Positions 11,701 through 23,534 of a DNA stretch of 64,000 nucleotides are shown here, piece by piece. The DNA lies in contig BROI01000027.1 of NCBI GenBank assembly GCA_027923505.1, positions 310,001-374,000 of the forward strand, given 5' to 3'. The notes beneath the pieces are model-generated. The model was not told where the DNA came from, did no database searches, and saw nothing but the letters and a program-made list of their open reading frames with translations. Positions within the stretch are counted from its first letter, which is position 1. Every line of letters starts with the position of its first letter. This DNA is from Mayamaea pseudoterrestris. Taxonomy: Eukaryota. Position numbers and translations under genes: made by a program.

Positions 11701-14700
11701 ATGGATCCAATCATCACAAGGGAAATCCAAGACGAGACATGCAAGCAGGATCACAAATCAGGCAATGAAGAAGCGCATGCGACTACAGCAGCACCAGCTG
11801 CTGAATCACTTTGCGATTCGCTGCCGCCGCTACAAAACTTTGATCCTGCAGTGCAAGCCGATAACAATTTACGTTGGCAGCCAGTCGAGTCGAGGAGCGA
11901 GCATCTCATTGACAAACCTTGCAAAGAGTTAACAGCACGACGAATCGATTTCAATCATGCAATGTTTGATCCGCCCATAATTAGCCGCGTCGTGAGTCGC
12001 GACAAGGATGAAGACGACATTATGATTGACCAAAATGGCAGCAACGACGATGATTTGATCATTTCCCTCTTGAACGTTTCCGACTATGACCAGCTCTTTC
12101 GATCCATGCACGAATACAATGACGACGACGAAACTGTTGCCGGTAAAGTGAGTCTGGATGAAGCGTTGATTTTCCAGGAGCTTGCGTTTGACGATGACGC
12201 GTCGAAACAACATGACGACTGCGATGACAGTAACAAGCCGCTGCAGTCAATCACTTGCGGCGGTAAATACTTGCACGAGTCGCCCATTTCATGCGCATCG
12301 TCATTGTCAATATACAATACTCACAATGATGACGATGGAGACGCAGCAAGCAGCACGACACTTCCCTTTGCGTCAACTTCCATGGAGCAATTCTTGCTCA
12401 ACTTTGAGTGTCAGCTTGACGAAACGGTGCATGACTTGCGCCAAACCATGCAGCAGCAGGAGGACGAGCAACGGCAGCAATTTAACGTCAAGCGACAAAA
12501 GGCTTCCATGTTGATAACTACCTTCATGAAACGGCACCGCAGCAGTGTCCATCGGGTCAAGCACGACCAATACTTGGAGCTGGCGAACGCGTCCATGGCA
12601 TGGCGCAAAAAGTGGGAACGTGACACGAGCAGTTGCCGAATGCATGATGCTGCGGCGATCAAGATTCAGTCCGTGGTGCGCGGCCAAGCTAGTCGGCGAA
12701 GAACGTCAATGCTGCTGCACGAAATCAAGCGAGAGCTGGCTCAAAGCGATTTTTCGTCAACGTTGCTGCTGCAGGAAATTTCGGCGGAAATGACCTACAG
12801 TGACTCGAGGGAAGCGGCAAGGTTGATTCAAACCATTCTTCGTCGCTACAAAGTCAAGCAAACTGCTGGTCGTCGGCAAAGAGTGCAGCATGAAACAATT
12901 GCAGATACTCCACCTCGATTAATTAAAAGTCGAAACAATGTTTCCTCGAGCAGTGCAGCATTCGTCAACGACTCACCAGCCCGGCGTCTCATTCAGACTA
13001 TGCTTGCGTCGACAAGAATATCCAACGTTTGGAGGCAATCATTGAACGAGCGTCACCATGAAGAGGAATCGGCGGTTGCTGCTGCAAGTGTCATCCAATG
13101 CGCCGTTCGTCGATGGCTGGCGACCAAGAAATTGGTGCCTTTGCAGGAAGAGCAAACTCGGCGAGGCGAGGAGTTACGACAGCAATCACACCGAGTAGCG
13201 GCAGCCAATCTCTTGGCTCGTATTTGGAGCGGCTTTGCGACGCGGCGCCGATTCCTTTGCAGCAGAAAGGCTAGCGTCAAGCTTCAACAAGGTTGGCGAA
13301 TGCACAGAGCCAGACAGCTGTACATTCGCCGGCAAAGAAGCTCCACCATGCTTCAAAACCTTTTGCGCTGCTATCTCTCGCGGCGCAAGCTCCTTGCGGC
13401 GGTACAAAAGATGAAACTCGACCGTGCAGTGACCCTTGTTGCGCGTCAGTGGCGACGCTTTGTCACGCGAAAGAAGTTTGCCGCCAATATCAAGGCACTC
13501 GTTACGATGCAAAGAGCTATACGATTGCACCAGTTGAAGATGGCTGGTACAACTGTTCGTGTCGCAAGGGCTGCCCGGGAGAAGGCCGCGAGTAAACTTC
13601 AAGCAACGTGGCGGCGTCGGGAGTGCAGGCAAGTTAATTCAAAGCAAACCAATCCACCTGAAAATCGAAAAATAGTCACGATCCAGTCCATCATCCGGCG
13701 CTATCACGCTCGTGGTACCTACGTTAACCTACATGACTTGCGTTTCGAAATCTCGGCGGTACGCATCGCCAGCTTTTGGCGACATGTTGTTAATCGTCGA
13801 CGATATAATGCAATGCGGTACGCAGCGTTGATACTTCAACGCCACTTGAGAAAATGCATGATGACAAGGCTGAAGGTTTCGCCCATTGCATCGTCTGCGA
13901 ATCTGCAAGTGTCATCGCCATTGTTGCCTTCGAGTCTGGCGATCCAAGTGACATCAGCAGGGAAAATGCAAAGGATTGTCCGTCAATTTCTTGCTCGGAA
14001 ACACGCCGCTACGCACATTCAGCGAGCATATATCAGCTCTCCCATGAAGCGTCAGCAGGCGCGAAAATTGCTTTTAGAAGCATCAAGTTTCTTTAAAGCC
14101 AATTGGCGGTCGAAATACAATTACAAATTCAACTCCCCTGTCCGGTGCACTGCCCTTAGTTCGCACGAATCTCTTCAAACATTGGATAACGCGAGTGCGG
14201 TCAAGGCGATCATTGTACTACAGACAAAGTCGACTCAAATACAAGCTGCCTGGAGGAAAGCTTTGGCTTGCATACCGTACGCTTTGGTCCGGAAGTCTGT
14301 CATTTTGTGCCAGTCAGTAGCAAGATTGTTCATCGCGCGTCAAAAACTTGAAACGTCTTCAAATTCATCATTAAAGCACAATTTAAATGGATGTCATGAA
14401 CTTATCGAGGTTCAAGACAAACGTAATATCTGTATTATCAAGCGCAATTTGAACGCCTCTGCTGTCAAATGCATTCAGAAAAGATGGCGGCGTCATGCTC
14501 AGCTGCGAACCGAGCGATGGCAAATTAAGCCTGCGGCTGGAAGGAGAGTACAACAGTGCAGGGCAAGAGAAGGTCGTGCAGCTTTGATTGAACAACAAGC
14601 GTTGCTGGTGCCGACTGAGCTTCGTCAAATTCCTATGAAGAAGGCGTTAGTCGCTTGCAATGAGCAAAAACACTTTATAGCGAATGTTGTACTCGTTCAA

Positions 14701-15588
14701 AACGTTTGGCGTCGCTATATGTGCTGCAAAGCGCAATTAGCTCAACAAGCCGCTGTCATATTACTTCAAGCGGGTGCCAGGGGAATGTTGACACGGAATC
14801 AAACCCAACATACCAGGAGCAGAAATTTATTTGCCTGTCGACGCGTCCAGAGGCGATTTCGAGCTTTCGCTGCATCGCGTCGGTCTCGCGAATACCCGAA
14901 ATCCAGTTTATCTGCTTCAAAACGAAATATGAAGACTTTAATCCGACATGAAGCCCCATTATCGTCAGGGACGGGAGACCAGGCGCATGGATCATTACGT
15001 CCGAGCATCCCGGAGTTTGTGACAGTTTACGATCATGACGTCGATTCACTGTCCGGAACACTCGATGCCAAGGAGCCGACAACCTTCCAAAACGAGTCTC
15101 CAAAGAGCTATTCTTTTGGTTTACGATCATTAATGGCCATGTCAATCTTGAGTCTCGCTGTCGTCCTTTTTAGCCACCAGCCTTCCGACTCGACTTGTCT
15201 TGCGAAAGGATGTCGCTCAGTGGACCTGTCGACATTCTCTTCACACTCTGACAATGACTCGCCGGCATCTGGTGCGAAAATGGTGGAGCTAAGGCGGTAC
15301 GATTTTGAGGTTAGTGTACCTCCACTGATATCCTTAACCACCAATGAACTTGAGTTGATAAAATTCAACGTAGAAGGCTCGTTTGACAAGGATGTTCCCA
15401 CCGCGGCATGCACGGATCCATCAAACAACGAAGAAACAATCGCAGTCATAGATACTGCATCCGAAGCTGTTGTTGACAGTCCTAGTGTAGGCCTTGAAAT
15501 ATTCGAATCAGTTTTTGCGTCGGACGCCGCAGCTGATGGATTAAGTCATAAAGATCAACGAGGTGACAAATGTTCCAACGCGTGCTGA
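11701..15588 (+). CDS. Large poly-IQ (calmodulin-binding, ASPM-like repeat) protein with C-terminal TM helix
   Basis: Many IQxxxRGxxxR variants (IKIQSVVRGQASRR, LQQGWRMHRAR, LQAGARGMLTR); hydrophobic segment LMAMSILSLAVVLF near the C-terminus. Confidence 0.85.
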   Translation: MDPIITREIQDETCKQDHKSGNEEAHATTAAPAAESLCDSLPPLQNFDPAVQADNNLRWQPVESRSEHLIDKPCKELTARRIDFNHAMFDPPIISRVVSRDKDEDDIMIDQNGSNDDDLIISLLNVSDYDQLFRSMHEYNDDDETVAGKVSLDEALIFQELAFDDDASKQHDDCDDSNKPLQSITCGGKYLHESPISCASSLSIYNTHNDDDGDAASSTTLPFASTSMEQFLLNFECQLDETVHDLRQTMQQQEDEQRQQFNVKRQKASMLITTFMKRHRSSVHRVKHDQYLELANASMAWRKKWERDTSSCRMHDAAAIKIQSVVRGQASRRRTSMLLHEIKRELAQSDFSSTLLLQEISAEMTYSDSREAARLIQTILRRYKVKQTAGRRQRVQHETIADTPPRLIKSRNNVSSSSAAFVNDSPARRLIQTMLASTRISNVWRQSLNERHHEEESAVAAASVIQCAVRRWLATKKLVPLQEEQTRRGEELRQQSHRVAAANLLARIWSGFATRRRFLCSRKASVKLQQGWRMHRARQLYIRRQRSSTMLQNLLRCYLSRRKLLAAVQKMKLDRAVTLVARQWRRFVTRKKFAANIKALVTMQRAIRLHQLKMAGTTVRVARAAREKAASKLQATWRRRECRQVNSKQTNPPENRKIVTIQSIIRRYHARGTYVNLHDLRFEISAVRIASFWRHVVNRRRYNAMRYAALILQRHLRKCMMTRLKVSPIASSANLQVSSPLLPSSLAIQVTSAGKMQRIVRQFLARKHAATHIQRAYISSPMKRQQARKLLLEASSFFKANWRSKYNYKFNSPVRCTALSSHESLQTLDNASAVKAIIVLQTKSTQIQAAWRKALACIPYALVRKSVILCQSVARLFIARQKLETSSNSSLKHNLNGCHELIEVQDKRNICIIKRNLNASAVKCIQKRWRRHAQLRTERWQIKPAAGRRVQQCRAREGRAALIEQQALLVPTELRQIPMKKALVACNEQKHFIANVVLVQNVWRRYMCCKAQLAQQAAVILLQAGARGMLTRNQTQHTRSRNLFACRRVQRRFRAFAASRRSREYPKSSLSASKRNMKTLIRHEAPLSSGTGDQAHGSLRPSIPEFVTVYDHDVDSLSGTLDAKEPTTFQNESPKSYSFGLRSLMAMSILSLAVVLFSHQPSDSTCLAKGCRSVDLSTFSSHSDNDSPASGAKMVELRRYDFEVSVPPLISLTTNELELIKFNVEGSFDKDVPTAACTDPSNNEETIAVIDTASEAVVDSPSVGLEIFESVFASDAAADGLSHKDQRGDKCSNAC

Positions 15589-15680
15589 AGATACAACGCA
15601 GTCAAAACTGCATCCGAAGCGTTGTTGACAGTCTAGGAGGCCTTGAAATATTCGAATCAGATTGCGTCTGGATTAATGAT
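15436..15680. repeat. Degenerate ~155-bp tandem duplication at the end of the IQ gene
   Basis: actgcatccgaagc(t)gttgttgacagtc...ggccttgaaatattcgaatcag occurs twice; the second copy has several small deletions. Confidence 0.8.
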
Positions 15681-15730
15681 CTCAACTAGCCAGAGCAGCG
15701 GCCTGAAGCATCTGAGCGAAGACTGTCGAT

Positions 15731-16843
15731 TTGGTGGATTTGCATTTGACCATGCAATATGTTGGCTTGTCCGCTTTAGAAATGGAAATATCAACCCACC
15801 ACGATGGTGATGTAGTCGCAACTGCAAGATCAAATGGCCCCACACCCGCGGAAAACGAGGTAGTCAACTGTGACTCGATAAGCGTGTATAGGAAAGAATA
15901 TGATTACCCATCTCAATTTGACGCACCAGCTGAAATAAGCGACTCTGTCGAAATCGGCGAATTGGAGCTTACGGCGTCCCTGGACGAAGTTATCTCATTC
16001 AAAGAGCCGGAGGAGTACCTTGCGCTGCAAGACAGCTCACAGATGCTCAATAGCGACGTAGCGGTTGCCGGCAGCGATGCGGACGCGGTAGTTGAGTTGG
16101 TAAATGATGCGTGGTCTTCAGCAGTGTTTGACTCATTCATCGACGAGTCAAGAGGTCTAGAAACATTCGACACGCGCTTCAGCGCTGGAGCATCAACTAG
16201 CGGTTCCGAAAACGGGCTCGCATTGGAGGACCTAAAAGCCATTCCTATGGGAGATGACATACCAGAAGATGAAGAATCTATTGATGGAAATCCGAACTTT
16301 TTCAATAACAGTCTGGATGTGCTCAATAAGCGTGACCAGGCTCTGTCGTTTGAGCTCAGCGAGGTTATAACTATGAAGAATCGCGAGCCGAGTCAGCATA
16401 TCACGGAAGAGGTAGGATTGACAGATCAGCTTGAGCATACTTTGGAATCACATGATGTCAATGAAGGAACATACTCGATTTCGGCGAGCGATCTCGCCGC
16501 CAGCCGCCGTCACGTCCCAATCAATGAATTATGGACACTGGATCTCGATGAGGTTATATTGTCCAGCGTCAATGAAGAAACGGAGCCTATCTCGTTTGCT
16601 CCACTTGACAGACTTGTTGAACTTTGGACGGTAGACTTGGATGGTCTGTACATGAATGAGAGTCCTGCGACTAATGCAAACGGCAATTTTGGCAGTGCCA
16701 CAATCACCAGCGAGGAATTTCCGCGTCGAGGAAACCTCGAACATGATGAAGATCTCGAGCGGCTTGCGCTCCAGATCAACAGCATTGTCCATGATGTCAC
16801 GCATCGCACTAGAATTTGCATGGAGGCAATCAATAAGCTATGA
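15731..16843 (+). CDS. Acidic hypothetical ORF, possibly the frameshifted C-terminal continuation of the IQ protein
   Basis: 370-codon D/E-rich ORF (first ATG 15752) that begins just after the degenerate duplication, in a different frame; internal repeat ELWT(L/V)DLD. Confidence 0.55.
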   Translation: MVDLHLTMQYVGLSALEMEISTHHDGDVVATARSNGPTPAENEVVNCDSISVYRKEYDYPSQFDAPAEISDSVEIGELELTASLDEVISFKEPEEYLALQDSSQMLNSDVAVAGSDADAVVELVNDAWSSAVFDSFIDESRGLETFDTRFSAGASTSGSENGLALEDLKAIPMGDDIPEDEESIDGNPNFFNNSLDVLNKRDQALSFELSEVITMKNREPSQHITEEVGLTDQLEHTLESHDVNEGTYSISASDLAASRRHVPINELWTLDLDEVILSSVNEETEPISFAPLDRLVELWTVDLDGLYMNESPATNANGNFGSATITSEEFPRRGNLEHDEDLERLALQINSIVHDVTHRTRICMEAINKL

Positions 16844-17091
16844 CTCGAAGAATTGCCTCAGCCGTGCATTTTAGCCGCTTTATTTATACTGTAAAGTTTT
16901 TGTTAAACATAACGTGCGCAAGCGAAGGAAATATCGGTTGAGAACTTGCAGCGCTTGCTACCCGATCATATGCCGTGCACGTCACTATGACAATGAACTT
17001 GAGCGAGTCGAGTACGACACAATTCGCCTGACTCTGACATGGTCATCGCCCCTATAGATTGTCCCGCTCTTCGCAACAATGAAATAGTCCA

Positions 17092-18471
17092 CTACTGTAG
17101 CAAATTCTTGTTGTATCCAAACTGCTGCATCAAGTCGTCACTCAAAACCTCCGCAATCACCTTTAAATCATCGGGCGTCAAGTTCTGTACACGCCGCCGC
17201 AAATCACAATGTTTGACCATGCTGCTCACCAAGTTGGACTGCGGCCCTTGAAAACGAACGTGCTCCCACTTGCTCGCGTCAACCACGTACGTAAACTGTT
17301 CATCGTCACTGCGCCACATGGCGCCCGTGCATTCCTTAAGCTTGCGTATCGTTTTGTGCGGCTGAAACCACAAGTCTTCAAGACGTACCAACAAGTAGGG
17401 AAAGTCGCTGGAAAGGTAGTCTCGGTACCAATGATTCCACAAGTGAAGGAGCGTCGGCCACGTTTGCTCGCCCGTCACGGAAGGCATGCGCACCGGCACG
17501 AGCAGCGAATTCGTATGATTGCCTACTGCCTCGTCATTGACAAACTCGACCAAGTATGGAGCCCTCTGCATGCTTTGGAACCATGTGAGTGGATCGCGAA
17601 CGACTAAAACTGGTAGCACTCGCGCCTTGTCAATGTGGCGCATCCATTGAATCGTATGCGTTTTCCGCAGCGAGCTGAACCAGTGCTTGTCCCACGGCAC
17701 TTGCGTAAGAATGCCGCTGTTTTGGAATCCGGACGAGTTGTTGTGATATGGATTAGTTGTATTGACCGTCGTCTTGCTCGTATAGCCTGGCATAATCAGG
17801 TTGGCCCGTAAGTAGTAGGTGAGTGCATTGGTGCCAGAGTTAAAGAGTCCAGCGACGCCAAGCATCATGCCAGAGTTAGCCTTTGGATCGCATCGCCCCA
17901 GAATAACCGGATCGCCGATACCAAACGAGCTTCTAGTTAACGTACTCGATGGATTGGAAGCAATGTTGTATGATGCGTTGGAATGCGAGTAGTAAAGCGC
18001 CTTCACCGTAGTCCAGCTAGGCAGCATATTGATTGTCGCTTGATCAATCCCTTCTGTGATACCCGCCTCTTGCAGAATTTGCAAAATAGGCTTCTTGTTT
18101 TCAACAGTCTCATTGACTGCGGCGCGCTGCAATATAGAGTCGTCCGTAATGTCGCTCAAGTCTTGCGCAAATATTTTGTCAATCTTGCGCATGACGACGC
18201 GGCCGCGCTTATTGTAGCGAACGTATTGCTGACTGTTGCTCGGTAACGATGCAGAGGGCTGAGCATTTTGCGAATAGACTTGATCAAGCAATGCTGGTTG
18301 CGAAATTGTTACGTTATGGAGCGAAATGATGGAATATGCGCAGACGGCAGCAGATGCAAGTAGCAGCAGCGTTACACTTCGGCGTCGTCGACGGTCCGAG
18401 CGGTTCCATGGACGGCAAACATCTCTATTGACATTACAATGATTACTCTTCGCGGCTACTGGTTGGACCAT
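17092..18471 (-). CDS. Golgi-type (type II membrane) sulfotransferase-fold protein
   Basis: N-terminal RRRRR plus TM helix; GVAGLFNSGTNAL (5'-PSB-like loop), VVRDPLTWFQSM (3'-PB-like motif), VRLEDL. Confidence 0.8.
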   Translation of the reverse strand: MVQPVAAKSNHCNVNRDVCRPWNRSDRRRRRSVTLLLLASAAVCAYSIISLHNVTISQPALLDQVYSQNAQPSASLPSNSQQYVRYNKRGRVVMRKIDKIFAQDLSDITDDSILQRAAVNETVENKKPILQILQEAGITEGIDQATINMLPSWTTVKALYYSHSNASYNIASNPSSTLTRSSFGIGDPVILGRCDPKANSGMMLGVAGLFNSGTNALTYYLRANLIMPGYTSKTTVNTTNPYHNNSSGFQNSGILTQVPWDKHWFSSLRKTHTIQWMRHIDKARVLPVLVVRDPLTWFQSMQRAPYLVEFVNDEAVGNHTNSLLVPVRMPSVTGEQTWPTLLHLWNHWYRDYLSSDFPYLLVRLEDLWFQPHKTIRKLKECTGAMWRSDDEQFTYVVDASKWEHVRFQGPQSNLVSSMVKHCDLRRRVQNLTPDDLKVIAEVLSDDLMQQFGYNKNLLQ

Positions 18472-18881
18472 TAAACTACAAGCATTGTTTGTTTCTATGC
18501 TTGGTGGAAGAATTTGATGTGTGACGGACTACCGTCAACACGCCAATGTCGTAGCGGTTCTGGGTGTGACATCGCTGTAGCGTGCGAAGCCACAACCATT
18601 GCGGAATGTTTCTCTTCCACTCACATGCATGTAGCTAATCAATGGGAATGTGTTATGCTGTGTTAGACCTTCATCTACGGTACGCAGATTCACTATGCCA
18701 CGACTACTGGTAGTAGTACTAAAGTTATGGAGGCAAAGTTGAGAGTAAAAAACAAGTTGGCTAAAATAATAATTATTGTTCCAGGCTTTCGGCGTACGAC
18801 CAACTTGCTGGGCCGTCAAAATGCAGTGTTTCAATGAAATTCACACAATGATGAAAGTGGGTTTGGTTGTGGTGCGGCGAC

Positions 18882-21535
18882 TTAGAAAAGGAAGGTGCTT
18901 GTGGCGCTTGGTTGCAGACTGCTACTCGATGACGAGCTTGGTTGCAAGCTGGGCGTTGCGGTTGGGGCGGATTGCGCAGAAAGGCGACCCATTCCCTTGC
19001 CGCCCTTGCTAGTGCCACCCTTTCCAGATGACATGCCCTTTCCGCCTCCCTTGCCGGAAGACATGCCCTTACCGCCCTTACCCCCCTTTCCTGACGACAT
19101 GCCCTTGCCAGAAGTCTTACTTCCTTTACTTCCGGACTTGCTTCCTTTACTTCCAGTAGTGCCTCCTTTGCCGGAAGACATGCCTTTGCCGCCGGAGGAC
19201 ATGCCCTTTCCAGATGACATACCCTTACCACCCTTTCCAGACGACATGCCCTTGCCCTTGCTCTTGCTGGCTTTACTCTTGCTACCCTTGCTTCCGCATC
19301 CGTTGATTCTCTTGCCGAACTTGGAAAGTTTCGAGCAGTCGATAGGTGCAAGTGTTGGAGCAATAATGACGGGGCTGAAGGTGGGCGTCAAGACACGCTG
19401 CGGGCCTTGGACTGGAGCCGGAGCCAGACTTGGAGTAGGTGTCACGGCGCGCTGCGGTCCAAGAACCGGGGCCAGAGTAGGGTTTACGGGAGCCAGAGTT
19501 GGGCTAACCGGGGCCAGAGTTGGAGTAGGTGTCAAACCACGCTGTGGTCCAAGAACTGGAGCCAGAGTTGGGTTGACAGGAGCCTGAGTTGGGATAACCG
19601 GGGTCAGAGTTTCAATCTTAATCGATGGCGACAGAGTTGGAGTGACTGGACTTAGTGTTGGGCTCGGAAATCCTGTCGGAGTGATTGGGGCAAGTGTCGG
19701 CGCAACTGGGGCAAGTGTTGGAGCCACTGGGGCAAGTGTCGGTGCCACTGGGGCAAGTGTTGGGATGACAAAAGTAGAAGTTGGGGACGGTGTTGGACGA
19801 ACTGGAGCAAGTGTAGGAGCAACAGGGGCAAGTGTCGGAGCAACAGGCGCAAGTGTTGGAGCAACTGGGGCAAGTGTCGGAGCAACAGGAGCAAGTGTTG
19901 GAGCAACCGGGGCGAGTGTCGGTGCCACTGGAGCAAGTGTTGGCGCAACCGGGGCAAGTGTCGGTGCCACTGGGGCAAGTGTTGGAGCAACAGGAGCAAG
20001 TGTTGGCGCAACCGGGGCAAGTGTCGGAGCAACAGGCGCAAGTGTTGGCGCAACCGGGGCAAGTGTAGGTGCCACTGGAGCAAGTGTTGGCGCAACCGGG
20101 GCAAGTGTTGGTGCCACAGGAGCCAGAGTTGGCGCCACAGGGGCAAGTGTTGGCGCAACTGGGGCAAGTGTCGGCGCAACAGGAGCAAGTGTTGGCGCAA
20201 CAGGAGCCAGAGTTGGCGCAACCGGAGCAAGTGTTGGCGCAACCGGAGCAAGTGTTGGCGCAACAGGAGCTAGTGTTGGAGCAACAGGAGCCAGAGTTGG
20301 CGTGAGAGGGTAGATGGGCGCATTAGTTGGTGGCTTGACAGGCGCATTAGTCGGTGGCTTGACAGGTGCATTAGTCGGCGGCTTAACCGGAGCACATGTT
20401 GGTGGTTTGACAGGTGCATTTGTTGGCGGCTTGACTGGTGCATTGGTAGGCGGCTTGACTGGTGCAATGGTAGGCGCACAGGTCGGTGGTTTGGCAGGTG
20501 CATTCGTCGGCGGCTTTACCGGTGCGTTGGTAGGTGGCTTGACTGGTGCATTGGTAGGCGGCTTGACTGGTGCAATGGTAGGCGCACACGTCGGTGGTTT
20601 GGCAGGTGCATTCGTCGGCGGTTTGACTGGTGCATTGGTAGGCGGCTTGACCGGTGCATTGGTAGGCGGCTTGATCGGTGCATTGGTTGGTGGCTTGGCA
20701 GGTGCACTCGTCGGTGTGCACTCGCAATCTAAAGTAACAAGCGAGTATCCGGCCCATGATGCGCCATTATCTGTAACTGCCGTGTCATCGTCACCAATCT
20801 CATAGTCCGTAGTCCAAGCAGATTCGCCGTTGCTTAGTGATGCATGTGCCGCAAGCTTGTAAGTGCCCGAGCAAGCAGGTGGCAAATCCGTCGTGAACGT
20901 GAACGTCTTGATGCATCCACTGAGTGCTCCGCTTTTCATGGGGAAATTGCCAATCTATAGTGGAATGGGGAGGTGTGAGTGAAAGCAATGAAAATATTCG
21001 CTACACACTTTTAGAACGTACCTTTGGGTTTTCTGCCATGTTAATTGGAATGTCGTTGCCAAAGTAGGCATGCAATTTTGAAAAGCAAATGTTTGTTTTT
21101 GAAATGTCGAAGGTAATCGTGATCTTGTTATTCACAATGTTGACGCAGACTGTACCAACATCTGTAAATTGACCGGCAAAAAATGTGAAGCACTTTTCCG
21201 AAGTAATTTTTGGGGGGCAAGGTGGAGTCTGCGTTGGAAAAAAATTGGATCGAAACGAGGCGCAATGTTTGTGTGAGTAACGAGGCTAGAAGACGCAGTC
21301 TGCGTACCAATCGTCACACGACGCAAGCAAGCTGTACGCCAAGCTTTCTCTTCTCCAGTCGATTGAAACGTACCACTGATGGTGCTTTCGTTGGAGCGCA
21401 AGTTGGAGGCTTGACCGGTGCCGCCGTTTGCTTGAGAAAGCGAGCGACATGCGTGCGAGTGTTGGATTGCTCTTGAGCTTGAGCGACGACGCCTAGCGTC
21501 AAGAGACCGATACAGACAGCCTTTGGAGAGATCAT
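18882..21535 (-). CDS. Secreted mucin/silaffin-like extracellular protein, 3 exons (21535-21374, 21228-21022, 20954-18882), about 813 aa
   Basis: Signal peptide MISPKAVCIGLLTLGVVAQA, RFL motif, two phase-0 GT-AG introns restoring a globular domain (FAGQFTDVGTVCV...NPKIGNFP...AAHA...ESAW), KPPTNAPV and PTLAPVA repeats, Lys/Gly/Ser/Met-rich SSGKGGKGM tail. Confidence 0.85.
19640..20700. repeat. Coding tandem repeats: 21-bp (PTLAPVA) and 24-bp (KPPTNAPV) units
   Basis: gcaagtgt(t/c)gg(a/c)gcaac(a/c)gg array and ggtgcattggtaggcggcttgac array are directly visible. Confidence 0.95.
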
Positions 21536-23534
21536 TGTCGTTCGTAAAGCAGACGAGTGAAGCGAAAGACAGGATTGTGAGAGGTTGCAGAACCAGACAA
21601 TTTTGGCAGACCCATCCTCGACAGCATCCTTGGCGCGGCGTGTCGAATGCACTTTTGGCCCGGGCTTTCCGATCAGGGCTATTATATTAAGAATGTCATG
21701 ACAGAAACAAATTATGTAAAACGATTCATGCGTGGCAAGTTTTCATGAAAGTTAATTAACCCTATGATTTGGTACGAGCGTTTAGATCGTAGCAAAGATG
21801 AGAAAGCTCGCCTTCCGTTGGCTTGCGACGTTCTTGACATTACTCGGAAACCGCATAAGCTTTGTCTATGAGTCCCAGATGCAGTATTGGCGCTTGTGAT
21901 TCGCCACAGAGGCTTGAATAGAGCTAGCAAAGAGAAGAAAGCCTGTCGTCATATGGAAAGTGTCCATATCTGCAGCAATGATACTCGGACGCCGCATGCA
22001 CAATTCAAATCTCAAACATCTGCCAACGGATCGTCATTGGCAATAACGTCAATAACTCGCTGCAGTTGCCGCCGAGCGCTCGCCGCCGAGTTCTTTCAGT
22101 TGACCCTTTCGCACGGATAGGAAAGCCTCCGCAACAGGTGAGTCTGTGCTAACGATGTATCGCACGCGCTCGTCCAGTCAGTCACACTTGCCATCCATGG
22201 CACTTGAGCATGTTAGCTACTCGAGTCTATAGTTAACAGCCTATAGATAGCCTATAGATAGCCAATCTGTCCCGTTCACAATTCAAGCTCTACATGCTCG
22301 AGACGTTACGTGACAATTAAACGGTTGGTAACTCACGAATATTATCAGTACAGCGCTTGAAATATGGAATCCGCGGGATCATGCCGTCAATGTCAATAGA
22401 AATGTGGTCGAAAGTGCCATGCAGTTTGCGTGCAAGAGAGGCTGGTAGCGATAATCTAAAAGTTGAATTTGGTCCTACAAGGAAATCAGTGTGAACTATG
22501 TTATATCATAAGCTTTTAAACCGAAGCTGGAAGCCGTCGTATAGTGCCTCGGCACTCCCAGTTGATAGTGGAGTAACGGAAAGCGGTTGCTGAAACACAT
22601 CATAGTTACCGGAAGTGAGAGTTGAAAGTTAAAGATCAGCAAAATACGTTTTAACATAATCGTTTACATTAACGCGACGAGCCTTTTTTGTAAAGTTGCG
22701 TGAATCCGTTCTCGAGATTGCCTGTCGTCGCCACACGATGCACCCAGTCTGAACCACGGCCTTTCCACATTTCTTGCGCCGTCTGCCCGTCTTCAATGCA
22801 TCAATCGCTCTTTTTGTCCACAAATCGAGCTTTTGGTCAAGCGAATGACTTTATTGTGTTCTGATGGTTCGAAGTGGCGCAATTTTTTCCAGCCGCAAGC
22901 GCTGAGATACAGTACAATCTTGCAAAATGTGGAGCTGCTCGACGATCTTTTGTACGTGCCATCCAGGCTTTGACCGAGCGTCAGCCATCAGCAATGCTTG
23001 ACTCGTCATGTATCTCGTTGAAAGACAACACTCAACGCCGCAGACTTCAATTGACGCTGCCTACTGTTAAATTTGGATTTTGAAATGCGGATGGACGCAG
23101 GACGGATGGACGGCAAGGCGAATCTTTAAGCAACAATTTGATTACGACTGCGTCTTTCCATGGCGTGAGTGGCTGGAGCTTGGGCAATTTTTGTTTCATT
23201 CTGCATCCCATGGTGCTTGGAAGCATCGTCGTTTGATGTGAGCGAGAAGGTTGTTGCTTCGCAGCAGGTGGCATGGCGCGTGGCACGATGAAAGGTCGCT
23301 GAAGTCGTGCGCGCAATCACAATGAGGTACGGCTCGCTCTCGTGACGACCCGCCCGACGCGAAACGTCATAAATAGGTCATATTCGTGACTGAAATCAGT
23401 CACAACTTGAACTTGCGGTTCGATCTTCGAAACGCAAGGCAACGATTTGCATGACCTCCCTTGTCGACTTGCATTGCTTGCTACTTGACTTACACTTCAG
23501 TCAAGACGTTAATAATTCAACAAATTGAATAAAG

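Noticed and set aside
19640..20700. Regular repeat array resembling CRISPR, plus long antisense ORFs
   Set aside because: Units are contiguous codon-degenerate coding repeats with no unique spacers; the antisense ORFs are shadows.
22203..22302. Short imperfect inverted repeat, possible MITE
   Set aside because: Weak arms, no TSD, single copy.
10809..22343. Shared 13-mer actcacgaatatt upstream of two secreted-protein genes
   Set aside because: A 13-bp match is expected by chance in 64 kb.
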